Below are positions 20,215 through 29,649 of a stretch of DNA of 64,000 bases, piece after piece. A program made the translations under genes and the position numbers. Each line of letters begins with the position of its first letter. Positions within the stretch are counted from its first letter, which is position 1. The notes under the pieces were generated by a model that did not search any database, was not told where the DNA came from, and saw nothing but the letters and a program-made list of their open reading frames with translations. Origin of the DNA: Candidatus Eiseniibacteriota bacterium (GTDB lineage: Bacteria; Eisenbacteria; RBG-16-71-46; CAIMUX01; VGJL01); assembly GCA_041946735.1 (NCBI GenBank), contig JBHGAY010000020.1, positions 1 to 64,000 on the forward strand, read 5' to 3'.

Positions 20215-21356
20215 GCCCCGATGCGCGGGAGGGCGTGGGACTCGAGCCACGCGATCGCCTCCTCCACGTGCTCGCGACGGCGGCGCGGATCGCTGACCTC
20301 CCGCGCGGGCGCCTCGTCCCACAGCCGGACCGGCCACGACGCGGGCAGCGGCCTACCTTCCGGATCGTTTTCCGGCCGGTGCTCGGGCAGCCGCTTCCCT
20401 TGCAGAGACGCCCAAACGAGCGACCATCCGCGGATCGCGTTCCACGGACGGTACCCGCCACCGCCGAGAGCGAGCCATGGAGTCCCCCGCTCCTCGATCG
20501 CCGTCAGGAAGCGATCGAGCCCCTCGAGCGTGAGATCGAGAAGAGCGAGAGGATCGTCGCGCATCGAGTCCACCCCGATCTCCGTGACGATCAGGTCGGG
20601 GCGGAATCGATCGAGGAGCGGCACGAGCAGGCGCTCGCGGAAGATCTCGTACTCCGGATCTCCGGACCCGGGCAGGAGCGGGACGTTGATCGCGTAGCCT
20701 TCCCCGGCGTCGCGACCGATCTCGTTCGGGAATCCCGTGCCCGGGAAGAGCGTGCGCCCGTCCTGATGGACGGAGATCGTCAGAACGCGGTCGCTCTCGT
20801 AGAACGCCTCCTGCACCCCGTCTCCGTGATGGGCGTCGATGTCGACGTAGCACACGCGCAGGCCCGCTGATGCCGCTTCGAGAATCGCAAGCGCCCCGTC
20901 GTTGACGTAGCAGAAGCCGGCCGCCCGGTCTCGATGCGCGTGGTGCAGCCCGCCGCCCGGATGGAAGGCGGCTCGCGGCCTTCCCGGCTCCCCTTCGAGG
21001 ATCCAGCGGACGGCGGCGAGGCTGCCCCCGGCGACGATCCGCACGTAGTCCCACAACCCCTCGAAGACCGGGTTGTCGCTGTCGCCGAGCCCCCAGACGA
21101 CACAATCGCGCGGAGGGAGGTCGACGGCTCTCTCCAGGGCGTCGAGGTAGGGCGGGGCATGGAACGCTTCGAGTTCCTCGCGCGAGGCGACCGGAGGGGA
21201 GGTTTCGATCTGGCCGGGTTCGAGCAGCCCGAGCGAGCGCGCGAGCAGGATGGCGTCCGCCGCCCTGCGCGGCTGGAACGGATGTCCGCGACCGTACGAA
21301 AAGCGGCCGAGTCGCGGGTCGAGGAACAGACGGCTCTCGCGCGGGAGCGGTTTCAC
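20211..21356 (-). CDS. acuC: Histone deacetylase-family protein (AcuC-like lysine deacetylase)
   Basis: YGRGHPFQPRR, GLGDSDNPVFEG, GGGLHHAHRDRAAGFCYVND, YVDIDAHHGDGVQ, GVDSMRDDPL, LGGGGY; GTG start at 21356. Confidence 0.92.
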   Translation of the reverse strand: MKPLPRESRLFLDPRLGRFSYGRGHPFQPRRAADAILLARSLGLLEPGQIETSPPVASREELEAFHAPPYLDALERAVDLPPRDCVVWGLGDSDNPVFEGLWDYVRIVAGGSLAAVRWILEGEPGRPRAAFHPGGGLHHAHRDRAAGFCYVNDGALAILEAASAGLRVCYVDIDAHHGDGVQEAFYESDRVLTISVHQDGRTLFPGTGFPNEIGRDAGEGYAINVPLLPGSGDPEYEIFRERLLVPLLDRFRPDLIVTEIGVDSMRDDPLALLDLTLEGLDRFLTAIEERGTPWLALGGGGYRPWNAIRGWSLVWASLQGKRLPEHRPENDPEGRPLPASWPVRLWDEAPAREVSDPRRRREHVEEAIAWLESHALPRIGA

Positions 21357-21363
21357 GCAAGCG

Positions 21364-21392
21364 AATCTAACAGAGCGTCGCGGCCGCCTCAA
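21364..21392 (-). promoter_or_regulatory. Putative sigma70 promoter for the acuC-HK-RR operon (likely leaderless)
   Basis: TTGAGG-N17-TAGATT with a TG extension; the GTG start lies 7 nt after the -10 box. Confidence 0.6.
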
Positions 21393-21440
21393 TCCGCCCC
21401 GCGCCCGCGCCGGCGCGATCGATCCTACGGCGCCGGTTCG

Positions 21441-21469
21441 TTGACAGGCCCGCGAGCGTGTGCTAGAAG
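21441..21469 (+). promoter_or_regulatory. Putative sigma70 promoter for sdhCAB
   Basis: TTGACA-N17-TAGAAG with a TG extended -10. Confidence 0.65.
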
Positions 21470-21544
21470 TGCGGGTTGCTTCTCGACGCGTGCCGTTGCG
21501 CCAGGGCCGGGGCGCAGGGGCGGAAAGGATGGGGTTGCCGCGAA

Positions 21545-22255
21545 ATGGACCGCGGACCGGCCGGATCGTTCTTCCTGAAAAGACTGCATTCGCTGACGGG
21601 GGTTCTCCCGATCGGCTACTACCTCATCCAGCACCTCGCCCTGAACTTCACTTCGCAGCTCGATCACGGCAACGTGTGGAACCGAGTCGTCGGAGGGTTC
21701 GAGGCGCTCCCCCATTGGACGCTCTGGACGATCGAGATCACCGTCCTCGCGATCCCGATCCTCTATCACGCCGCATTCGGCATCTACATGGCGGTGCGCG
21801 GGCGCCCCCGCTGGTATCCCTGGGCGCACAACGCGACCTTCCACTGGATGCGTGTGAGCGGGGTGCTGATCTTCCTCTTCCTGATCTTCCACGTGTGGCA
21901 GATGACCCTGAATCCGAGGCTCAGCGCCCGCGAGCTGAACTTCCAGCTCGTCAACACCGTCCTTTCGAACCCGTTCTGGCTGGTCGCCTACGTCGTCGGC
22001 GTCGTGGCGGCCGTCTCTCACCTGGCCATCGGACTGTGGAGTTTCTGCATCACCTGGGGGATCACCGTGGGAGACCGCTCCCAGCAAGTCTCCGCTTGGG
22101 TCTTCGCGATCGTCGGCGTCCTGCTCCTCGTGATCGGGCTCAGCTCGTTGCAGGGGTTCCTCGCCAACGCCCCGTATCAGCTCGGAGCCGGGGCTTCCGC
22201 CGGCGCGGCCGCCACCCTTCCCGGCGCTGGAGCGGCGCCCGGGCTGGGGCGCTAG
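21545..22255 (+). CDS. sdhC: Succinate dehydrogenase cytochrome b558 subunit (Bacillus-type diheme anchor)
   Basis: FFLKRLHSLTGVLPIG, ILYHAAFGIY, RVSGVLIFLFLIFHVWQ, SHLAIGLWSFCITWGIT. Confidence 0.93.
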   Translation: MDRGPAGSFFLKRLHSLTGVLPIGYYLIQHLALNFTSQLDHGNVWNRVVGGFEALPHWTLWTIEITVLAIPILYHAAFGIYMAVRGRPRWYPWAHNATFHWMRVSGVLIFLFLIFHVWQMTLNPRLSARELNFQLVNTVLSNPFWLVAYVVGVVAAVSHLAIGLWSFCITWGITVGDRSQQVSAWVFAIVGVLLLVIGLSSLQGFLANAPYQLGAGASAGAAATLPGAGAAPGLGR

Positions 22256-22257
22256 CG

Positions 22258-24138
22258 ATGGCGGCGCGACCCAAGATCCTCGTGGTCGGCGGCGGCCTGG
22301 CCGGACTCTCCGCCGTCATCAAGGCGACCGAGCAGGGAGCGGACGTCGAGATCTTCTCCACCGTGCCGGTCCGGCGCTCCCATTCGGTCTGCGCGCAGGG
22401 AGGGATCAACGGCGCGGTGAACACCAAGGGGGAAGGCGACTCTCCCTGGGAGCACTTCGACGACACGATCTATGGCGGCGACTTCCTCGCCAATCAGCCG
22501 CCGGTGAAGGAGATGTGCGAGGCGGCGCCGTCGATCATCTATCTCCTCGATCGGATGGGCGTGCCGTTCAACCGCACCCCGGAGGGACTGCTCGACTTCC
22601 GCCGCTTCGGCGGCACCAAGCATCACCGCACCGCCTTCGCGGGGGCGACGACAGGACAACAGCTCCTCTACGCGCTCGACGAGCAGGTGCGGCACGCCGA
22701 GACCGAGGGCCACGTCGTCAAGCACGAGCATCACGAGTTCCTTGGCCTCGTGCGCGCCGGCGACGGAGCGGGACGGTGCGTCGGGTTGATCGCGATGGAC
22801 ATGCGCGACATGAAGGTGCGCAGCTACGCGGCCGACGCGGTGATCCTCTGCACCGGCGGCCCGGGCGCAATCTTCGGCAAGAGCACGAACTCGGTCAACT
22901 GCACCGGAAGCGCCGTGAGCGCCGCGTACCAGCAAGGGGCGTGGATCGGCAACGGCGAGTTCGTGCAGGTGCACCCGACGGCGATCCCCGGAGAAGACAA
23001 GCTGCGCCTGATGAGCGAGTCGGCGCGCGGCGAAGGGGGACGCGTCTGGGTGCCGCGCGATCCGAACGACCGGCGCGACCCGGTGCGGATTCCGGAGGCG
23101 GAGCGCTACTACTTCCTCGAGGAGATGTATCCCGCCTACGGCAACCTCGTGCCGCGCGACATCGCCACGCGCGCGATCTTCAAGGTCTGCACGGAAATGA
23201 AACTCGGGATCGGCGGCGAGCGGATGGTCTACCTCGATCTCACGCACATTCCCGAGGAGGAGCTGAACCGCAAGCTCGGCGGGATTCTCGAGATCTACGA
23301 GAAGTTCATCGGCGACGATCCTCGTCACACCCCGATGAAGGTCTTCCCCGGCATGCACTACAGCATGGGCGGGCTCTGGATCGACTACGACCAGATGACG
23401 AACATTCCCGGATTGTTCGCCGCCGGCGAATGCGAGTACGAGTACCATGGCGCGAACCGCCTAGGCGCGAACTCGCTCCTCTCCTGCATCTTCGGCGGCA
23501 TGAAGGCGGGTGGCCGCTCCATCGCCTACGCCCGGACGAGCGCGACGGCCGGAGCGGGCGCCGGCCGCGCGGTCGGGTCGAGCCTCTTCGAGGCCGAGGT
23601 GCGACGGCACGAGGAAAAGAACCGCGCGATCCTCGCAATGGACGGGCCTGAGCATCCGTTCCTGATCCACCAGGAGATGGGCCAGTGGATGACCGACAAC
23701 GTGACGGTCATCCGCAGGAACGACGGGCTTCGCAAGACCGAGGAGAAGCTGCGCGAGCTGCAGGATCGGATGCGGCGGATCCACGTGAGCGACCGTGGCG
23801 CCTGGGCGAACCAGGTGCTCGTATTCGTTCGCAATCTGGAGAACATGCTCCATCTCGCGCGCGTGATAACGGCAGGGGCGCTCGCGCGCGACGAGAGCCG
23901 CGGCGCCCACTACAAGCCGGAGTTCCCGGAACGGGACGATGCGAACTGGCTGAAGACAACGATCGCGGAGTTCACTCCCGAAGGGCCGAAGCTCTCCTAC
24001 CGGCCGGTCGACACCTCGCTGATTCCGCCCCGGCCGCGCAAGTACGACGTCGAGAAGAAGGCGGCCGCGGTGGATTCTCCGGGGGAGATGCCTCCGGAGA
24101 TCGAAGCGAAAGGACCGAGAGGAGCGAGGAGTGTCTGA
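22258..24138 (+). CDS. sdhA: Succinate dehydrogenase flavoprotein subunit
   Basis: VVGGGLAGL, RRSHSVCAQGGIN (covalent-FAD His), QVHPTAIPGEDKLRLMSESARGEGG, HYSMGG, HGANRLGANSLL, ESRGAHY. Confidence 0.98.
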   Translation: MAARPKILVVGGGLAGLSAVIKATEQGADVEIFSTVPVRRSHSVCAQGGINGAVNTKGEGDSPWEHFDDTIYGGDFLANQPPVKEMCEAAPSIIYLLDRMGVPFNRTPEGLLDFRRFGGTKHHRTAFAGATTGQQLLYALDEQVRHAETEGHVVKHEHHEFLGLVRAGDGAGRCVGLIAMDMRDMKVRSYAADAVILCTGGPGAIFGKSTNSVNCTGSAVSAAYQQGAWIGNGEFVQVHPTAIPGEDKLRLMSESARGEGGRVWVPRDPNDRRDPVRIPEAERYYFLEEMYPAYGNLVPRDIATRAIFKVCTEMKLGIGGERMVYLDLTHIPEEELNRKLGGILEIYEKFIGDDPRHTPMKVFPGMHYSMGGLWIDYDQMTNIPGLFAAGECEYEYHGANRLGANSLLSCIFGGMKAGGRSIAYARTSATAGAGAGRAVGSSLFEAEVRRHEEKNRAILAMDGPEHPFLIHQEMGQWMTDNVTVIRRNDGLRKTEEKLRELQDRMRRIHVSDRGAWANQVLVFVRNLENMLHLARVITAGALARDESRGAHYKPEFPERDDANWLKTTIAEFTPEGPKLSYRPVDTSLIPPRPRKYDVEKKAAAVDSPGEMPPEIEAKGPRGARSV

Positions 24139-24982
24139 GCCACGGACGAGAGCGACCGGCGGCGGGGCGGGGACGGATACCACGAGCGCGACCGGCGTCG
24201 GAGGAGCGAGGGGGGCAGCGGAGGTCGCTGGATCGAAGCCGCAGCGCGTCGTCGTGCGTGTGCGCCGCCAGGCCGACCCCCGGTCCGATCCCTATTGGGA
24301 TGAGTTCGAGGTCCCGTACCGGCCGAACATGAACGTGATCGTCCTGCTCTCCGAGATTCGCAAGGACCCCGTGAATCGCAAGGGAGAGACGGTGACGCCG
24401 GTCGCCTGGGACGCCAACTGCCTCGAGGAGGTCTGTGGCGCCTGCAGCATGGTGATCAATGGGCGCCCGCGCCAGTCCTGCACCGCGCTCGTCGACCACC
24501 TCGACCATCCGATCGTGCTCGAACCGATGAATGTCTTTCCCGTCGTTCGCGACCTCGTGATCGACCGTCAGAAGATGTTCGACGATCTGAAGCGGATGCG
24601 CGCATGGATCCCGATCGACGGCACATACGATCTCGGGCCCGGGCCGCGGGTCGATCCGGAGGTGCAGGAGAAGGCCTACAAGCTCTCGACCTGCTTCACC
24701 TGCGGCTGCTGCCTGCAGGCGTGCCCACAGGTCAATCCGGTGAACCCGTTCATCGGAGCGGCGATCGTCAACCAGGTCCGCCTCTTCGGACTGCATCCGA
24801 CCGGCAGGATGCATCAGCCGGAGCGGCTCGACGCCGTGTCCGGCCCGGGCGGCATCCAGGAGTGCGGCAACGCGCAGAACTGCGTCAAGGTCTGCCCGAA
24901 GGAGATCCCGCTGACCGAATCGCTCGGCGCGGTGCAACGGCAGCTCACCGCGCGGAAGATCTTCGGAATGCTCCGCCGCTGA
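24131..24982 (+). CDS. sdhB: Succinate dehydrogenase iron-sulfur subunit
   Basis: CLEEVCGACSMVING...SC, CFTCGCCLQACP, CGNAQNCVKVCPKEIPL. Confidence 0.97.
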   Translation: MSEPRTRATGGGAGTDTTSATGVGGARGAAEVAGSKPQRVVVRVRRQADPRSDPYWDEFEVPYRPNMNVIVLLSEIRKDPVNRKGETVTPVAWDANCLEEVCGACSMVINGRPRQSCTALVDHLDHPIVLEPMNVFPVVRDLVIDRQKMFDDLKRMRAWIPIDGTYDLGPGPRVDPEVQEKAYKLSTCFTCGCCLQACPQVNPVNPFIGAAIVNQVRLFGLHPTGRMHQPERLDAVSGPGGIQECGNAQNCVKVCPKEIPLTESLGAVQRQLTARKIFGMLRR

Positions 24983-24984
24983 CC

Positions 24985-26064
24985 TCAGCGTGGAGGCGCG
25001 GCCGGCCTCGCGTGGCTCCCGCGCTTCCCGCCCTTCCCACGATTCGCGCTCTTCCCGCGCCCCTCGCGGCTGCCGCGATCCACGAGCCCCTTGCGCGCCT
25101 CGCCCGCCTTGCGCGCCTCGCCCGCCTCGCGCGCCCCCCGCCCCTCGCGCTGCCCGCTGCGTGCGCCCCGCGTACCGCTCCCCTCGGCCGTCACGAGCAG
25201 CGTGGCGGCGAGAACGAGCGCTGCGCCGACCCATCCGAGCGCGGGAAGCCGGTCCCCCGCAAAGAGGACCGAGAAGACCGCGGCGAAGACCGGCTCGGTC
25301 GCAAAGCAGAAGGCGGCGTGCACCGCGGGGATCCGCTGCTGCGCCCAGCTCTGGACGAGGAACGCGATCGCCGTGGCGAAGAGACCCGTGAAGAGAATCG
25401 CGAACCACGAGACGGAAGCCATCCCGTGGATCACGAGCGGAGTGCCGGCCAGCGGAGTGGTAGCGAGGAGAAGGAGCGTCGCGTAGAGCATCTGCCCCGC
25501 AGTCAGCGCGAGCGGTTTCGCGCCGCGGCGCAGCGCCCGGCCGACGGCAAGGATCTGCGCGGCGAACGCGGCTGCGCAGAGCAGGGTCAGGCTTTCCCCC
25601 CGCTCCCACTGCTGCGGGAACCGTCCTCCTTGCAGAAGCAGGATCCCACCGAGAACGAGGAGCGCTCCGGCCGCTGCGCGGGCCCGAGGCCGTTCCCATC
25701 CGAGGAGCGCGGCGGCAAGGGGTACCATGACGACGCTCGTCGAGGTCAGAAAGGCGGAGACCGAGGGGCCGACCGTCCGCAGCCCCGCCGTCTGCGTGAG
25801 ATACCCGGCGCCGAGGAAGATGCCGGGGAGGACCGCGCGAGGCGAGACGACGGCCCGCAGTCCATCGCGGGCGAGAGCGAGCGGGAGCAACAGAGCGAGC
25901 GCGCAGGCGAACCGATTCTGCAGGAAGGTCCAGACCGGCACCCCTTCGATGCCTCGCTGCACCAGGGGAAAGGTTGCGCCCCAGAGGGCGGCGACCCCCA
26001 CGAGCGCCGCGTCTCGCGCCGCCCCTGCCCTCTCCCGGCGGCCCTGGCCACCTTGACGACGCAA
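24985..26064 (-). CDS. EamA/DMT family transporter
   Basis: ALWGATFPLV, GYLTQTAGLRTVGPSVSAFLTSTSVVMVP, ATAIAFLVQSWAQQRI, EPVFAAVFS; repeat-rich basic C-terminal tail. Confidence 0.92.
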   Translation of the reverse strand: MRRQGGQGRRERAGAARDAALVGVAALWGATFPLVQRGIEGVPVWTFLQNRFACALALLLPLALARDGLRAVVSPRAVLPGIFLGAGYLTQTAGLRTVGPSVSAFLTSTSVVMVPLAAALLGWERPRARAAAGALLVLGGILLLQGGRFPQQWERGESLTLLCAAAFAAQILAVGRALRRGAKPLALTAGQMLYATLLLLATTPLAGTPLVIHGMASVSWFAILFTGLFATAIAFLVQSWAQQRIPAVHAAFCFATEPVFAAVFSVLFAGDRLPALGWVGAALVLAATLLVTAEGSGTRGARSGQREGRGAREAGEARKAGEARKGLVDRGSREGRGKSANRGKGGKRGSHARPAAPPR

Positions 26065-26177
26065 CTCCGCCTCCCTAGGTTGGTCCGTTCGCCGGAACGT
26101 CTGGCGTCGGCGGCCGGCCGCGCGCGCGGGCGGTCTGCCTCGGGCGCCCCAAGGGCATCAGGGTTGCAGGAGGTCCG

Positions 26178-27491
26178 ATGGACGGCAAGGGGCAGACGGG
26201 CGGCGGCCGCAGGCTCAGCGATCCGCCGTCCCTGCCCAAGCGCAAGGGGCTGGCAAGCTCGATCGAAGTCTTGGCGGCCGCCCTCCGCTTCCTCGGAGTC
26301 GATGGCGAGCCCTCCTGGCTCGCCTCCACCTCCGGGATCGCCTTCCGCAACTACTGGCCTGTCCGGGACGGCGCCGGCGCCTGGGATCTGGACCTCCCGC
26401 TCGCCTTCGCGCTCGACCCGCTCGCGCTCGCGGCGGAGTCTTGCGGCATTCGCCTGCTCCGCTACCGCGACATGCCGGCGTCGCTCGTCTGGCAGTTCAT
26501 CGCGCAGGCGCTCTCCCGCAAGCAACCCGCCCTCCTGCGCGCTTCGTGGGGGGCGCAGGAGGACGATGTCCTCGTGTTCGGCTGTGAGCGGGAAGGAGCC
26601 CGACGCGTCCTCATCGTCCTCACCCCGTGGCATGACGCCCCCCTTCGGCTGCCCCTCCTCGAAGAGGACGACGAGGCCTCCGGCATCGACGGGACCGAGG
26701 CGCCGCGGATGGCGCGCCCGGCCGCCCCACGCGCGGTGCCGCAGTCGGCCGAGCGACGCGCGGCCGTTCCCGCCCGCGCGTGCATCTCTCTCCTCGAGCG
26801 TCTTCCGCGGCATCGCGTCCGCTCCCGCGAGGACACGATCCATCATGCCCTCCGCCGCGCGGCGCGGCTCGGGACCGAGGGGCTCGTGCGGCTGCCGATG
26901 AGCTACGCCTCCGGGATCGCCGCGTACCGGGCGATGATCGAGGCGCTCGCGCTTCGCGGGGCGGCGCCCGGCGCGCGGGAGGCGGCGGCGCGCTACGAGC
27001 GGACGGAGGGGCCCCTGCCGGCGGGCAGGTTTGCGGCCGGCGCGGGCGGAGAAAGCGCCGCCGCCGCGAGCATGCACCGGATGATGGCCGCCCTCCTCGA
27101 CCGCACCCTCGAGGCGCTGCGCGATGCGCGCTTCTGGGCCGCGCGCTTCGTCGACCAGCATGGAAGCCCGTGGGACATCGCGCCGGCCGCGCAGGCGTTT
27201 CGCGAGGAGGCGGAAGCCCTGGCGGCCGTCGTGCCGCTTTGGCAGAACGGCGGCCTCGCCGCTGGCGCCGAAGATGGCGGGGCCGAGAGCGCAGGCGGCC
27301 GCTCCGGCGGCAACGGGGCGGATCCGTGGGAGCAAACGACTCGCGCCGTGCGCGCTGCAGCGGAGGCCTACGAGCGGGCGATCGCGATCCTGCAGGAAAG
27401 GGTCCCGCCGGTGGAGCAGGAGCTGCAGGAAGATGGAAGCGAAGAGGACGGCGCAGGCGGGGAGCAGGACGGAGGCGTCGCAGGAGGGTGA
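26178..27491 (+). CDS. Hypothetical protein (N-terminus reminiscent of a BtrH/C39-like fold; helical C-terminus)
   Basis: GGAGGT upstream; globular-looking LAAALRFLG...WLASTSGIAFR...LIVLTPW, SGIAAYRAMIEAL, DARFWAARFV. Confidence 0.7.
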   Translation: MDGKGQTGGGRRLSDPPSLPKRKGLASSIEVLAAALRFLGVDGEPSWLASTSGIAFRNYWPVRDGAGAWDLDLPLAFALDPLALAAESCGIRLLRYRDMPASLVWQFIAQALSRKQPALLRASWGAQEDDVLVFGCEREGARRVLIVLTPWHDAPLRLPLLEEDDEASGIDGTEAPRMARPAAPRAVPQSAERRAAVPARACISLLERLPRHRVRSREDTIHHALRRAARLGTEGLVRLPMSYASGIAAYRAMIEALALRGAAPGAREAAARYERTEGPLPAGRFAAGAGGESAAAASMHRMMAALLDRTLEALRDARFWAARFVDQHGSPWDIAPAAQAFREEAEALAAVVPLWQNGGLAAGAEDGGAESAGGRSGGNGADPWEQTTRAVRAAAEAYERAIAILQERVPPVEQELQEDGSEEDGAGGEQDGGVAGG

Positions 27492-27549
27492 ATCGCCGGA
27501 GACACGAATGGCTCCGGAGCGGCCGTCTCGGGTCCCGCGGCTCTGCCGA

Positions 27550-27960
27550 TCAGGCGGCGTGCCGCTTCCGGCGCTCCGAATCCGCCGCAGCCGACTCGAT
27601 CACCGCTGCGAACCGCGTCCAGTCGATCGGCTTCAGGAACAGCCGGATGTCCGGCTCACCTACTTGAGCCCGGATCATCTCCTCGTCGAGAAAGACGCCC
27701 GACATGAGCAGGACCGGCAGGTCGCGGTACGCGGAATCCTCGCGCAAGCAGCGGATCACGTCGAAGCCCGAGAGGCTGGGCAGCTTCAGATCGAGAACGA
27801 CGACGTCGGGACGGAAATCGCCCACGCGTAGCAGAGCGCTCGCGCCGTTCTGGGCCGTCTCGACCTGGTAGCCGGCCTCGGTGAGGATTTCCAGGAGGAT
27901 CTCGAGGATCTCCACGCTGTCGTCCACGACGAGCACCCGCCGCTTCCCCGGCTTCGCCAT
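27550..27960 (-). CDS. Single-domain response regulator (CheY-like)
   Basis: RVLVVDD, PDVVVLDLKLPSLSGFDV, PVLLMSG, FLKP; GAGGAGGAG SD before ATG 27960. Confidence 0.9.
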   Translation of the reverse strand: MAKPGKRRVLVVDDSVEILEILLEILTEAGYQVETAQNGASALLRVGDFRPDVVVLDLKLPSLSGFDVIRCLREDSAYRDLPVLLMSGVFLDEEMIRAQVGEPDIRLFLKPIDWTRFAAVIESAAADSERRKRHAA

Positions 27961-28162
27961 CCGCTCCTCCTCGGTCCGTCTTAACGTCCTGCCAGCTCTT
28001 TGGCCCTTTCCCCCTTCCTCTGCATCGACCCGCCCCATCGCTCCCTTGAGCGTGGAGGACCCGAGGACCCAGGCAGACGCGCGGCGCCGGGCGGCGCCCC
28101 GGCCGCTGCCGCTGACCGGCCGCCGCGAAAGCGTGGAAGTGCGCGAGAGGAAGCGCGTGGAT

Positions 28163-28196
28163 AAGGGAAAGGGCCCCCGGCACTGCCGGAGGCCCT
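28163..28196 (-). terminator. Putative terminator after tRNA-Leu
   Basis: AGGGCCTCCGGC-AGT-GCCGGGGGCCCT followed by TTCCCTT. Confidence 0.65.
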
Positions 28197-28199
28197 GCT

Positions 28200-28282
<83 letters not shown>

Positions 28283-28313
28283 ACAAACAACGGACGGAGC
28301 GGGCGAGGGCGGC

Positions 28314-28739
28314 CTACTGCCCCTGCGTGCCTCCTTCCGGAGAGGCCGGAGCCGCCGGCGCGGGGGTCGGTGCGGTCCCGCTGGGGCTCGGAATCGCTTC
28401 GGTGCCGCCAGGCGAGATCGGAAGGCCGCTGCCTCCGGCGCCAGGCGACGCCGGAGCCTCGACCGGGTTCTCGCGAAGGAGGCTGCGCGGAGCCGAGGAA
28501 GACTGCTGCTTGCCCACGGTCAACGCCAGCACCAGGCTCGTGAGGAAGAAAGCCGAGCCCAGGATCCAGGTGGCCTTCGTCAGGAAGCTGGTGGCCCCCC
28601 GCCCCCCGAACAGGGTCTGGTTGCCGCCGCCCCCGAAGCTGGCGGACAGCGCTCCCCCCCGCCCGGACTGCAGGAGCACCGAGCCCATGAGCAGAAGCGA
28701 GATCACGATGTGGAGGATCAAGACAACGACGAAGACCAT
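28314..28739 (-). CDS. secG: Preprotein translocase subunit SecG
   Basis: SVLLQSGRGGALSASFGGGGNQTLFGGRGATSFLTKATWILG. Confidence 0.96.
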   Translation of the reverse strand: MVFVVVLILHIVISLLLMGSVLLQSGRGGALSASFGGGGNQTLFGGRGATSFLTKATWILGSAFFLTSLVLALTVGKQQSSSAPRSLLRENPVEAPASPGAGGSGLPISPGGTEAIPSPSGTAPTPAPAAPASPEGGTQGQ

Positions 28740-28774
28740 TCCATTCCTACCTTTCCGCCGACACGCAAGTTTCG

Positions 28775-28803
28775 AGAGTAGCCATGCCCCCCTGCATCGT
28801 CAA
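28775..28803 (-). promoter_or_regulatory. Putative sigma70 promoter for secG-tRNA-Leu
   Basis: TTGACG-N17-TACTCT. Confidence 0.65.
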
Positions 28804-28884
28804 GGGTCTAGCGCTGGTCGCGCGTCGGTCTCGCTGGCCCTCCACGCAACGGTGCCCCGCCTTCCTGACCAGGCGGCCGCCCCC

Positions 28885-29649
28885 TCAGCCGGTCACCGCA
28901 GCGGCGATCGCGAGGAACTGGGCGGCGTCGAGGCTCGCTCCTCCGACCAGCGCTCCGTCGACTCCGTCGCGGGCGAGGAGCGCCTTCGCGTTGGCCGCGT
29001 TCACGCTCCCTCCGTAGAGGATCGACAACGCCTTCGCGAGAGCCGCGTCGAAACGCTCTCCGATCCGCCGCCTCAAGAACGCGTGCGCCTCCTCGGCCTG
29101 TTCGGGGGTCGCGTTGCGTCCGGTGCCGATGGCCCAGACCGGCTCGTAGGCGAGAGAAATGCTGGCCGCCTCGGCGGCGGTCAGCTGGAAGAGGGTGTCC
29201 GCCAACTGGCGCTCCAGCACCTCCTCCGTACGCCCCGCTTCCCGCTCGGCCAGGTTCTCCCCGATGCAGAGGATCGGCAGCAACCCCTCGCGGCGCGCCG
29301 CGCGCAGCTTCTTCAGGAGCGTATCCCCCGACTCTCCGAACCAAACCCGGCGCTCCGAGTGGCCGACCAGCACGTGCGTGCAGCCGGCGTCGCGTAGCAT
29401 CGCTCCGGAGACCTCGCCGGTGAACGCGCCCTTCGGCTCCCAGAAGAGGTCCTGAGCCCCGAGCGCAATACGGCTGCCGGCGACCCGCCGGCCCACCTCG
29501 CTCAGATGCGGGAACGCGGGGAACACGAGGAGATCGACCGTGTCCGGGGCGCCGGCAGCGCCGGCGAGGATGCCGTCGATCAAGCGCCCCGCCTCTTCCA
29601 GCGTCCCGTTCATCTTCCAGTTGCCGGCGATCGGCCGCCGCCGGGTCAT
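28885..29649 (-). CDS. tpiA: Triosephosphate isomerase
   Basis: [48 protein letters not shown]. Confidence 0.98.
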   Translation of the reverse strand: MTRRRPIAGNWKMNGTLEEAGRLIDGILAGAAGAPDTVDLLVFPAFPHLSEVGRRVAGSRIALGAQDLFWEPKGAFTGEVSGAMLRDAGCTHVLVGHSERRVWFGESGDTLLKKLRAARREGLLPILCIGENLAEREAGRTEEVLERQLADTLFQLTAAEAASISLAYEPVWAIGTGRNATPEQAEEAHAFLRRRIGERFDAALAKALSILYGGSVNAANAKALLARDGVDGALVGGASLDAAQFLAIAAAVTG

